From: Terrimicrobiaceae bacterium
GTDB taxonomy: Bacteria > Verrucomicrobiota > Verrucomicrobiia > Chthoniobacterales > Terrimicrobiaceae
DNA: 64,000 nucleotides
NCBI GenBank assembly: GCA_041752695.1
Contig: JBGSVZ010000068.1
Coordinates: 23,242-87,241, forward strand
Reading direction: 5' to 3'
Made by a program: the position numbers and the translations under genes. Shown piece by piece: positions 19,453-28,865 of the stretch. Below the pieces are notes generated by a model that searched no databases, was not told where the DNA came from, and was given only the letters and a program-made list of their open reading frames with translations. How positions within the stretch are numbered: the stretch's first letter is position 1; each line of letters starts with the position of its first letter.

Positions 19453-21018
19453 ATGAGATTAGCCATTTCCCTCTTCGCCCTGGCCATGCTTTCCCCGCTT
19501 CACGGTGAAGAGAAGCCCGATGAGGTCGTAGTCGATGTTCTTCCGAACAAGCGAGTAAAATTTGATCCCGCAGCCATCTACCGGCAGGATCAGGAAGTAT
19601 TGCAGGGCGTTTTCGGGACCAGCCAGGCCGACTCCATTGCGGGTATGGACCTTCTTTCCTCGAATCAGATTCTCATCGCGGGAAAAGTCGGCGCACCGAC
19701 GCAAATCCCCGCCGCAATTCCCCGTGAAACGCTGAAAGGTTTGTCGGGAGGAGGGCCGGCGTTTCTGGCGGTGTTTGATCCCACTTTTCGAACGTTGGAG
19801 CGGCTGATTTATTTGCCTCCTGATAAGCCGAATCTCGGCACGCTCTGCATCGGGAAGGATGGGTCGGTATATTTGGGCGGAGGCTTTGCGGGCAGCGGGT
19901 CTTTTGTTTTGAAGCTCAACCCGACCCTGACGGAGGTGATCTGGACCGCAAAACTTCCCGGCACGGGTGTGAGCAGCTTGGTGGTGATGGCGGACAACTC
20001 TGTGGTGGTCATGACAGAGGGGGACGGTCCTTTCCTTTCCCGCATCAAACCGGATGGCGTGGGACTGATCCCCTTCGGCTCGCAGGAACGCTTTCGCTAT
20101 GATCGCGCCAACCCTGATGTGAACCAGAAATACTGGATCGATCTCGGATATCAGGAAAAGGGGCTTCTGGATCAGGGCTTCATGCGGGGCGGTATTTCGG
20201 ATCTGGGATTGACGCCCGATGGCAATTTGGTGCTGCTGGCTTGCCACTCCATCCGAATTCCCGGGGTCGGGCCGGACTTCGACGCGATGCTCCTGAAGTT
20301 CACGCCCGCCGGGGAAGTGCTCTGGGCGAAGAATCTGGCCGAAGGAATTCCCAACGAACCAGACAACAAATACCCCCGGCTTTACGTGGATCCTTATTCC
20401 GGCGATCTTATTCTTAGCCTGACTCAGCACGGAGCCTTTCAAAAAGGTCACAATCTCGCCGTCACACCGGGCTGCTATCTGACGACCGACGAATGGTTCA
20501 CCGGCGATCTGTTCCTGGGATGGATCGGGCGGGTCGATTCGGAGACGGGTGAAATCAAGGCGGCGACCATGTACTTTCCCGACTTGCGCAAACCAAAGCG
20601 GGCTGGAAAGAGCTTCGCGGGGTCCCTTTTTCCCGAAGCCCTTCGTACTGATAAAGCAGGCCGGATCTATGTGATCGGCACCACCGCTTACAAGCTGGCG
20701 ACCACCAAACACGCCTTTCAACCGGAATCGCTGGGAGGTTCCGGATTCCTGAGTGTCTTCGATTCGGGGCTGACGCAGCTCCTTTACGCGAACCTCATCA
20801 CGGCGAAGGGCTTGGCCACTTCGCCGAAACATTTGCTAATTTCGGAACTGGGCCCGATCGTTTCAACCGAGGTCACCCCGCAACAAGAACCCCTCCGGCA
20901 GCTTGTCACTACTAACACCGACAAGACCAATTTCCTCAAGCCCGTTGCCACCGGGGAAGTTGATGTTCTTTTTTCCCTGCTGCCTTCAAAGGCGTGGTTT
21001 ATGGAAAGGGAGGATTAG
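19453..21018 (+). CDS. Secreted beta-propeller-like hypothetical protein
   Basis: Signal peptide MRLAISLFALAMLSPLHG; repeated blade-like motifs DGSVYLGG, DGNLVL, LLKFTPAGEVLW, DKAGRIYVIG, GFLSVFD. Confidence 0.65.
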   Translation: MRLAISLFALAMLSPLHGEEKPDEVVVDVLPNKRVKFDPAAIYRQDQEVLQGVFGTSQADSIAGMDLLSSNQILIAGKVGAPTQIPAAIPRETLKGLSGGGPAFLAVFDPTFRTLERLIYLPPDKPNLGTLCIGKDGSVYLGGGFAGSGSFVLKLNPTLTEVIWTAKLPGTGVSSLVVMADNSVVVMTEGDGPFLSRIKPDGVGLIPFGSQERFRYDRANPDVNQKYWIDLGYQEKGLLDQGFMRGGISDLGLTPDGNLVLLACHSIRIPGVGPDFDAMLLKFTPAGEVLWAKNLAEGIPNEPDNKYPRLYVDPYSGDLILSLTQHGAFQKGHNLAVTPGCYLTTDEWFTGDLFLGWIGRVDSETGEIKAATMYFPDLRKPKRAGKSFAGSLFPEALRTDKAGRIYVIGTTAYKLATTKHAFQPESLGGSGFLSVFDSGLTQLLYANLITAKGLATSPKHLLISELGPIVSTEVTPQQEPLRQLVTTNTDKTNFLKPVATGEVDVLFSLLPSKAWFMERED

Positions 21019-21029
21019 ACCCCGAATAC

Positions 21030-23183
21030 TCACGGCGAGTCAGGCGCTGCATTGGTGGTCGAAAAAGCCACGTCCCGAATGCTAACATTGCCCCGCCCGG
21101 TGAGCCAGAGATCGACCTCTCCAAGGTCCCGTGGGTGTTTGCCTTTCGGAACGACCGACTCGTAGTGAAACCACCGGCCGATCGGTGGCGGGGTGATTGT
21201 TTTGAAAATGCATTTTCCGCCTTCGGGCCGGTCGCCGCCGTTGCGATATCCGGCATGGCCAACGGCGGTCAATCGGTCAAACTTGCCCTCCAACTTCATG
21301 AAAAACGAAAGGCGCACGTTGGCGTCAACCGTGTCCTCGTTCTCCAGACCCATGAAGGCAATGGTCACGCCCTGTCCGAATTTCGTCGGGGCATCCCGCC
21401 GCTGCCGAAAGACGCTGTTCTCCGCGGGATCGTGCCAGGTCTGGGTGAATGTATTGCCGACACCGTTGCCGTCAGCGGCTTCCTCGATGACATGGAAGAC
21501 TTCATACGGAACAGGGGCCACGCCCCAGGAGGCGGACATTTTCGGGATTTGATAAAGGGTACGCCCCTTTTTGTCCTTGGCAAAAAATACGTCGGGATTC
21601 CAACTGGGCATCAGTCCATAGAACACACTCATGCGCGAAGGCCAGCCGTTGGCATCCTCCGTATTGCCCGCCTGGCTGAGGAAGCGCTGCGCATCGCCCG
21701 TCCCGCCAGTGTGTCCCTGGTGACGACTGGCAGGAACCGCGCAGAAGCTGGCCATTTGGGGAAGCGAGAGATACTTCACCCGGTCGGGCGTGCTGGTTTT
21801 CACCGGCGTGGGGCTTCCGAAGTCCAATCCTCCTTTTTGTTTTCCGAGCGCGAAGAAGATCCGCCCGAATTGTTCCGACCAGATGAGGTCCATGATGCCA
21901 TCCTCGTTCCAATCGCACGGCTGGGGGCAGCTGAAACGCAGAAATTTCGCGCTCTCCTGCCCTTGAAAAGTGACGTTCTGGCATTCGGTCATTTCCGCCC
22001 CGCCGCTGGCATATTTGCCTCCCGGGTTGGGGAACACCGTCAGTCGTCCGTCCGCGTCATTGACAAACAAATCGAGCCACCCGTCGCCATCCCAGTCCCA
22101 GGCAAAGGGTGAAAGGAAGGTGCGTTCCTCCCCGACCATGAGTCCGAACTCGTTGCGACCGTTTTCCGTCGCGAGATTGGCCCGGGTGAAATTGAGAAAC
22201 AACCGTACCGTATTGACCGAATACGTTCCCTCGCCGAGCAGAACATCGGGAACCCCGTTGCGATCCCAATCGCAAACGAAGGGGGTCGTGTAGTTCATAA
22301 AATTCGCCGGGGTCAGAGTGGTCTGGCGGGTCACAATGTTGTAGCTAGGAACCAGTTTCAAAATCACGCCGTCCTGGGATTTGGTGTAGGTACGATAGTT
22401 CGGTTGGCCGGGCCGACCGGAGTTTTTCGCCAGATAGAGCGTGCCTTGCGCATCACCCACCAGAAAGTCGATCAGGCCGTCGCCCTGGAGATCGCAGGGG
22501 GCGGCGACAGCGCGCAGCTGACGGAAGCCATTCAGCGTGCAGAGGGTGGAGCCAGGCGGTGAGGCACCCGCACTCTCCCAAGGGTAGGGGAACTCAGTTT
22601 TCACGTGGGCGGCGATTTGTTCGGGAGTCAATTGCTGGCCCTTCGGGTTCCTTTTCATTTCCCGCAGGATTCGCTCGGCGGCCTTTTCCCGCTTGGCGTC
22701 AATCGTGCCTTTTTCCCTTTCCTGGGTCTTGGAAAGGCCTTTGTTTTCCGGGGCCTGATCGATTGGGGCGAAGCGCGACCGTTCGTTGTCCACCAACAAG
22801 GGCATCACTTCACCCAGTCCGAACTTCGGATTACCCGGGGCTCCGATGTTTTTCCAGAACCAGAAAATCCCCGCCCCGTCCGGGGCCACAATGTCGGGGA
22901 GTTTGTCGCCATCGAGATCGACGAACGAGGCCGAATTTGCCAGGTAGCCGTAGGAGAATTGGTTGCTCTTATCCACATGGATGTTGACGCCCCGCATCTG
23001 CACCGACTTGCGGAGGAAGCCGAACTCATCCACGCCCGTCCACGGGTAAACCACTTCTTCGGTTTTCTCAAAACGCCCGTCGCGGAGATAATTTGGGCCG
23101 GTCATGCCACTCATGCTGTCCCCGGCCTGCAGGGAGGTGAGGGCGACCAAAAGTCCGGTGACGAGAAAATTAGCGGTTTTCAA
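21030..23183 (-). CDS. Secreted FG-GAP/VCBS-repeat protein
   Basis: Repeats DLDGDKLPDI, DLQGDGLIDF, DWDRNGVPDV, DWDGDGWLDL, DWNEDGIMDL. TTG at 23183 gives a signal peptide and overlaps the upstream stop. Confidence 0.85.
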   Translation of the reverse strand: MKTANFLVTGLLVALTSLQAGDSMSGMTGPNYLRDGRFEKTEEVVYPWTGVDEFGFLRKSVQMRGVNIHVDKSNQFSYGYLANSASFVDLDGDKLPDIVAPDGAGIFWFWKNIGAPGNPKFGLGEVMPLLVDNERSRFAPIDQAPENKGLSKTQEREKGTIDAKREKAAERILREMKRNPKGQQLTPEQIAAHVKTEFPYPWESAGASPPGSTLCTLNGFRQLRAVAAPCDLQGDGLIDFLVGDAQGTLYLAKNSGRPGQPNYRTYTKSQDGVILKLVPSYNIVTRQTTLTPANFMNYTTPFVCDWDRNGVPDVLLGEGTYSVNTVRLFLNFTRANLATENGRNEFGLMVGEERTFLSPFAWDWDGDGWLDLFVNDADGRLTVFPNPGGKYASGGAEMTECQNVTFQGQESAKFLRFSCPQPCDWNEDGIMDLIWSEQFGRIFFALGKQKGGLDFGSPTPVKTSTPDRVKYLSLPQMASFCAVPASRHQGHTGGTGDAQRFLSQAGNTEDANGWPSRMSVFYGLMPSWNPDVFFAKDKKGRTLYQIPKMSASWGVAPVPYEVFHVIEEAADGNGVGNTFTQTWHDPAENSVFRQRRDAPTKFGQGVTIAFMGLENEDTVDANVRLSFFMKLEGKFDRLTAVGHAGYRNGGDRPEGGKCIFKTITPPPIGRWFHYESVVPKGKHPRDLGEVDLWLTGRGNVSIRDVAFSTTNAAPDSP

Positions 23184-25170
23184 GGCGGTTAAGGACGGAC
23201 GGCCAGCGGCCGAGCATGTACACGAGGATGTTGCTGCCAAGGCTGTAGGAACTCATCACGGAGTCGTCGCTCAGCCCGCGGAAAAATTCGTCGCGATACT
23301 CCCACATGCGGTTCACCCACCGTCCGCGTCCGATCTCGCCGCCCATTTGGAACCGATTGTTTACCATGGTCAGGTCGTAACGGAGAAAGTTTCCGTAGGC
23401 ATTTTTGGTCAGCACGACGGAGATGACCCCGGGGGTAATCTCAATGATCTGAACCGGAGCCTGGTAATACTGCATTCCCGTGGGAAGCTCCGGCAGGTCG
23501 AAGTAGGCGTCGTCCCCCCGCACAAAGAGCGTGTTATTGCGCGGTAATGCCTTGAAGGGTTTGTCCTCATCGGGGATGACCCGTTTGATTTCCCGGCGAA
23601 AAGCCACGTCGAACTTCGACCGGTTTCCCGCAAATCCGCAGTCGCCCCAGATGGCACCCCCGCGGCGGACATATTCATTGAGGGTTTCGACTTCTGCGTC
23701 GTTCAGGATGAAATCATCGTTGCCGGTGAAATACACGAAAGGTGGCATTGGTTTCACATCCAGCAGGAACTCGATTAAAAAGTCATCCTGCTGTTTGTCT
23801 GCGGGCTTAGGGTTCCAGAGATAGCCATGAGTGTCACCAAACCGGTCACCGGGCGGCAGGGCCTTGCGCAGGGTTTCGCGGAGATTCTCGCGGGTCTCGG
23901 GATTCCAGGTCAGTTGGTTTGTGCCCTTATCGTAGGAATAGGGGACGAGTTTCCGGTCGAGCACGACCGCCTTTGGTTTTGCTCCCCCCTTGATATCATT
24001 ATTGGAGGCCACGCGAATGAAACGCAGGAGGTTCGACATCGCTCCCGGGGTAAACTCCACACAGCCCCCCCGGTTGTCATCAATTTCGCCTTCACGGTTC
24101 GGGCGTGGCATGAATCCGTAGCACCAAGGATAGGTGATGAACGGCCCGATCCCCGGCATGGGGGTGGTCTTATACCAGCTGATGTTGGCCGCGTCCGGAA
24201 GGCCCGCTGGCGAAATCTCCGTCTGTCTGGCCTGGGGAGCCGCCCGCCAGTCCAGAGCGGCATACCAGTCGCCGGAATGAATGACAAAGTAGCAGAAAAA
24301 CTCGTTCACGGTTTTCAGGGTTTTGCCACGGCCCGAGATGCCGATGCCGCCGCTTCCGATCCAGTCCCCTAGTCCTTTGCCGAGTCCCGACCCCTGTCCG
24401 AAGCCTTTTCCCAAACCGCGGCCCGGGCCCCCGGCCCCTCGAACGGCGTTTGGCAGTGAGGAGGCCGATGGCGCAGTCGATGGCAGACCCACACTGATTT
24501 GAAATGACGGCGCGGCGGACAGTGTCGTGATCGTTTGCACCAACGAGCTCATGTCCAGCGCGGGGACGGCGGGTTGAGCCAGGGGATTGAACTCGGGAAC
24601 CCCACTGGCCATCGCGCTCTCCTCCCCGCGATTCCCGGGTTTGTTCGCTTTATCCGGTACCAAAAACCCGTTTTCGTCCGTCGAAAAATCCCCCGGAGCG
24701 GCTTCCGTCGGAAAAAGAATCGCCCGCCCAATCAACAACGCCAAGCCGACGTGAATCACCAGGGAAACCGCCAGCGGCCGTCCGGTGGGAAGCCTCTGTC
24801 CCGCGGCGAGAATGGTCGCAAAGATGCGCCCCATCAGCGATACATCCGAAGACCGGAAGACCGCACGAACAGCTCCAAACTCCAACACGTCGCCATCCCG
24901 TAGGCTGACCTCCCCTACAGGTATACCGTTTACCCTTGTTCCATTGGAGGAATTGGTATCGATGAGCCGGAACTCGCCGTTCAAGATATCCAGTCGGGCA
25001 TGGTGGCCCGACACGGAAGGGTGGCTGATTTCAATCGCATTCCCAGGCTCGCGCCCAATGGTGATGGCCGATGCCACCAGGGGAAAATTTTTCGGTCGCA
25101 CTCCAGGCACGCGGATGATGAGTCTCGCGCCCGGACGGCGGGGCACAGGGTCAGGTGTTCCGGAGATCAT
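23170..25170 (-). CDS. FHA domain - TonB-type TM helix - Gly-rich linker - DUF4159-like domain protein
   Basis: FHA motifs TIGR, SVSGHHA, SSNGTRVNG, LRDGD; TM AVSLVIHVGLALLIG; C-terminal PFVYFTGNDDF...LNEYVRRGGAIWGD...FRREIKRVIP. Confidence 0.8.
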   Translation of the reverse strand: MISGTPDPVPRRPGARLIIRVPGVRPKNFPLVASAITIGREPGNAIEISHPSVSGHHARLDILNGEFRLIDTNSSNGTRVNGIPVGEVSLRDGDVLEFGAVRAVFRSSDVSLMGRIFATILAAGQRLPTGRPLAVSLVIHVGLALLIGRAILFPTEAAPGDFSTDENGFLVPDKANKPGNRGEESAMASGVPEFNPLAQPAVPALDMSSLVQTITTLSAAPSFQISVGLPSTAPSASSLPNAVRGAGGPGRGLGKGFGQGSGLGKGLGDWIGSGGIGISGRGKTLKTVNEFFCYFVIHSGDWYAALDWRAAPQARQTEISPAGLPDAANISWYKTTPMPGIGPFITYPWCYGFMPRPNREGEIDDNRGGCVEFTPGAMSNLLRFIRVASNNDIKGGAKPKAVVLDRKLVPYSYDKGTNQLTWNPETRENLRETLRKALPPGDRFGDTHGYLWNPKPADKQQDDFLIEFLLDVKPMPPFVYFTGNDDFILNDAEVETLNEYVRRGGAIWGDCGFAGNRSKFDVAFRREIKRVIPDEDKPFKALPRNNTLFVRGDDAYFDLPELPTGMQYYQAPVQIIEITPGVISVVLTKNAYGNFLRYDLTMVNNRFQMGGEIGRGRWVNRMWEYRDEFFRGLSDDSVMSSYSLGSNILVYMLGRWPSVLNRLENR

Positions 25171-25263
25171 GAAAAATCGTCTGTGAGACTAAGCGAAGAA
25201 TTCGCCGGGAGTCTTTCGGTCGGAACTAAGATTCACCGGAAGAACGACGCGGAACTGGGGAGG

Positions 25264-26334
25264 TCATGCCATGGTTTCCAGCATGGAACTGGAAACAGTG
25301 TAGCGCTGCGGATCGTTGTTTTCGGCGGCGATAAAGTCGTCGATGCAATAATCTGCCATCCGGACAATCTCATCACCGATCGAGCCGGCTATATGGGAGG
25401 TCAGGTGAACATTGGAGAGTGTATAGAGGGGGGAGCCGTCCGGGGGAGGCTCCGGGAAAGTCACGTCCAGCAGGGCCGTGATGTCCGGACGGCTCTGCAA
25501 AACGGAGATCATCCCCGGCTCATCGACCGTGGCACCCCTTCCAGTATTGATGAAGGTGGCATCGGTTCGCATTTTGGAAAAATGGGCTCCCTGAAGCATG
25601 CACTGCGTTTCGGGACGGTTCGCCAGGTGGTTGCTGACTACGTATCCGCGCTGAAAAGCCTCCTCGAGGGAAACTTTTTCGACCCCTAGTTCCCCGGCGT
25701 TCCGATCGCTCAGGAACGGATCAAAGACGATCACAGAAAGCTGGAAAGCCCGAAGCAGTTGGATCACCCGACCGCCTATCGCGCCGGCGCCGAGGATGGC
25801 GATGCACTCACCAAAATTTCCCCTTCCCCGGAAGCCCTTGTAACAGGCCGAGGAGGTTGTGTACTCCGTGCTGTTGCGGAAGTAACCCTTGGTGGCCAGG
25901 AGAATTTGCCCGAGAGTAAACTCCGCGACGGGCACTGCGTTCGCCTGCCAGGCGCTGACGACCGTAATGTTCCGCTCAAGCAACGGCCTTGCAAAGTGGT
26001 GAACGGAGCCCCCGGCATAATAGACCGCCCGTAGGGAAGGAAGTTTGTCCAAACGTTCGGGAGTCATCCTCGGAATACTCCAGGTGGTGAAGACCACTTC
26101 TATATCCTCCAGATGCGGGGCTTGCTCTTCAAAGTCTTCGTGGCTTACAACGCGGGGATACAAGGAAACAAGCTCGGACAGTCTTTCCCGGCGACCTTTG
26201 CCATACACCTCGCTAATGGATTGCTCGTTGCCAAAGAATGCCGCGCGTTTCCGAATACTGTGCCGGGGTTGTTTCGCCAGGGACCGCAAGACGTTGGTGT
26301 GGTGACCATTCGGTTGATTGATTAGGATACTCAT
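25264..26334 (-). CDS. D-2-hydroxyacid dehydrogenase family protein
   Basis: NAVPVAEF, GAGAIG, FINTGRG, ALLDVTFPEP, LTSHIAG. Start uncertain. Confidence 0.9.
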   Translation of the reverse strand: MSILINQPNGHHTNVLRSLAKQPRHSIRKRAAFFGNEQSISEVYGKGRRERLSELVSLYPRVVSHEDFEEQAPHLEDIEVVFTTWSIPRMTPERLDKLPSLRAVYYAGGSVHHFARPLLERNITVVSAWQANAVPVAEFTLGQILLATKGYFRNSTEYTTSSACYKGFRGRGNFGECIAILGAGAIGGRVIQLLRAFQLSVIVFDPFLSDRNAGELGVEKVSLEEAFQRGYVVSNHLANRPETQCMLQGAHFSKMRTDATFINTGRGATVDEPGMISVLQSRPDITALLDVTFPEPPPDGSPLYTLSNVHLTSHIAGSIGDEIVRMADYCIDDFIAAENNDPQRYTVSSSMLETMA

Positions 26335-26623
26335 TTCATTCACGCTGTGCCGTGAGCAAGAAACCTGCAGGGTGGACTTCAAGGTTGCTCCCGCTCGAGG
26401 TCATTGATCGACCACCGTGCCCCTTCAAAATAAATAGAGCGTCAGGTAGGAACTATCCACGATTGCGTTTATATTCTCTGCTTTCACGCTCCCTCGCCTC
26501 CCAAGCTTCGGGGCGGTTGATGTTTTTGTGAGGCCGCCCATTGTTTCTGTCCCGCCTTATTGGGGCGCACGCAGTGGATTGGTGTGACGACCGTTCCATA
26601 GCCCATGACTTATTCTTCGATAT

Positions 26624-28843
26624 CTAATCTGGCCGTTCCTGGTCGGCCTTTTTGAACCTCAGCCACCGTCCGCTGTAGGGAGGAATGTCGATCAATTCGC
26701 CAAGGGGCATAGACTCGCCGCTCATCGCATCTGTCAGAGAGCTGTAATTTGGGAATTTCGTTTTTAGGGCAACGGATTTGCGGGGACCATCATTGATCAG
26801 GAAGTAGTGATCCGCCTGAGGGGCAGCCAAGCGGTAGGCCAGGGCGTCCGCGCAGGCATAGGGCGATTCATGTTTGCCCAAGGTGTGCCGGAGGATAAGT
26901 CTCTCCAAGTCATTGTGGCCGGGTTTCCAACAGGTGAGACCTGCCTGCGCTCCCAGGATCACAGCCGAGCCATTCCCGACTGCCGCCTCGGTGATGGCGG
27001 GCCTTCCATTGTCATAGCGGGCGACGACCTGCGCCGTGGTCGGGGTGATTTCGGCGGCGAAACCCTCCAAGACGATTCCCTCCAAAGTGAGCGGAGTATT
27101 GATGTTCCGCGCATAAGCAAAATCGTTGAGAATCGCGCCAAAGGTCTGCTCGAAGAGCGACCCTTCCACGGTTGGAATCACTCTCCCATACTCGTCCAGG
27201 TAGGCCCCGGGCATATCGAGCACCAACCGTCCGCCAAGTTGAACGTAGTCGAGCAACTGCCTCTGGAGCTCTCCGCTTAGGGAAATAAATGCCGGGAGAT
27301 AGAGAACTTTGTATCGTGGACCTAGGCCCGCGCGTAGGTCGGCCGGGGTCACGTATTCCCACGGTACGTTTCCATTGATCAGCGCCCTGGATACCCCGAC
27401 CCTCGCGCGGACTGGCTCGAATCTGAATTTGTCCCTCCCGGCCTGGCTGATGGCAGCCCACATAGCCTCGTTCTCCCAATCCACCAGCACGCCCACCAGT
27501 GGTTCCTTGCGCGCTTCCCAAAGCTCCCGCCGCCAACGGCGGGCGGCCTGCCCGATGGCACCCGCGCGAATGGCTCGCGGAGTGGGCTGATTGTTGCGGT
27601 CGAGCAGGGCAAACTCGCCGGCCTCCCAACCGGCTGTGCGGGCGTTCCAGCACCAGAGTCCAAACCCGCGGAATCCGCCGGCCAGCCAGCTCAACATAAA
27701 CTGGGTGATCACCCCTTCATCGACCGTGAATCCGGGGGTCTCGTTTTCCGCACCGTCCAGTCCCCAGGATTTCCCGCCGGAAAAATACTGTGGCCCGCCC
27801 GTCGATTCCCAGGTGGCCGTCCAAATTCCTTTCGCCCAGTCGGTGGTGATCTGGGCTTGCATAAAAATCGGGCGAGTTACTTCAAATCCGACTTCCTCGA
27901 AATGCCAGGCTGGATGAATTGAGGGATAAAACGACCCCCCTTCTGCCATCTCCTTTGCGATCCCCTCCATGTCGGTGCCACGCGAAGCGAAGGGAAGGAA
28001 CAGCCCCATTTCGCCGCCGGCCCGGACGGGTTCCTGCGGGTCTTCGGCCTGCTTTTTCTCGACCATTGCGCGGATTTCCTGGCGGTTGAAGGTGTCCGCG
28101 CGGAATCTCAGCAGGTCCCGCAGGTGTCGGTATTCCCGGTCCGGAAGATCGATGTTGTATCCTCGCTGAACATCCGCCCACGTGCTCCAACGCGCGGCAA
28201 GATCGGAGATTCCCACGTGATGCACATTCCACGCGGTCTGCAATTCCTCCACCGTCCCATATTGCTCTTTTAGCCAGTCGACGAAGCTCGGCACTGCTTC
28301 AGGGTGGAGCTCCGTGCCATTGATTTCTCCCGCCACTCCGGGAACCATTTTGGCATCTTCTCTGGTTGATGCCACGGTCGGGGCCGCCTTTTCCTTTGCC
28401 ATGCGATCGAGACGACGACGGATCACCCCAGTCTGGTGCTTGATCATCCTCGGGTCCTCCATCGCCTCATCGATCTTCATCTCCGCCGGAAGACCAAGCT
28501 GCTCCAGGAGCGCGGGAGTGATGTCCTCCCAGCCGCCCTCCGCGTACCAAAACGGAATGATTCCCTCGTCGAGCGCGAGTCGTAAGATGCTCTCGATACT
28601 GCGGTCGGGCAAGGACATGGTCTGCTTCAAGCAGGTGAACCCGAGGTTTTTCATCAGCCGGAAATGCGCCCTCGCATCGTCGTCTGTCATCCCGGGCCAG
28701 GGAAGAAACACACAACCCACCGGCAGAGGAGCCAACTTGCGGAGCTTCCGCTGCATGGGAGTTTCATGCAGCCGGTCGTAAAGATCGGAGAGAAACTCGT
28801 CGGGAGGACTCACATTGAGAAAGAATGCACCGTCGCTGAACAC
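26624..28843 (-). CDS. GH42-like glycoside hydrolase with beta-galactosidase trimerisation-like domain
   Basis: FVDWLKEQYGTVEELQTAWN; W-x-W motif (LWCWNAR); YKVLYLP...DYVQLGGRLV; NGRPAIT...GNGSA. No signal peptide. Confidence 0.7.
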   Translation of the reverse strand: MFSDGAFFLNVSPPDEFLSDLYDRLHETPMQRKLRKLAPLPVGCVFLPWPGMTDDDARAHFRLMKNLGFTCLKQTMSLPDRSIESILRLALDEGIIPFWYAEGGWEDITPALLEQLGLPAEMKIDEAMEDPRMIKHQTGVIRRRLDRMAKEKAAPTVASTREDAKMVPGVAGEINGTELHPEAVPSFVDWLKEQYGTVEELQTAWNVHHVGISDLAARWSTWADVQRGYNIDLPDREYRHLRDLLRFRADTFNRQEIRAMVEKKQAEDPQEPVRAGGEMGLFLPFASRGTDMEGIAKEMAEGGSFYPSIHPAWHFEEVGFEVTRPIFMQAQITTDWAKGIWTATWESTGGPQYFSGGKSWGLDGAENETPGFTVDEGVITQFMLSWLAGGFRGFGLWCWNARTAGWEAGEFALLDRNNQPTPRAIRAGAIGQAARRWRRELWEARKEPLVGVLVDWENEAMWAAISQAGRDKFRFEPVRARVGVSRALINGNVPWEYVTPADLRAGLGPRYKVLYLPAFISLSGELQRQLLDYVQLGGRLVLDMPGAYLDEYGRVIPTVEGSLFEQTFGAILNDFAYARNINTPLTLEGIVLEGFAAEITPTTAQVVARYDNGRPAITEAAVGNGSAVILGAQAGLTCWKPGHNDLERLILRHTLGKHESPYACADALAYRLAAPQADHYFLINDGPRKSVALKTKFPNYSSLTDAMSGESMPLGELIDIPPYSGRWLRFKKADQERPD

Positions 28844-28865
28844 TAGGTGATATTGCGCGTCGTTT

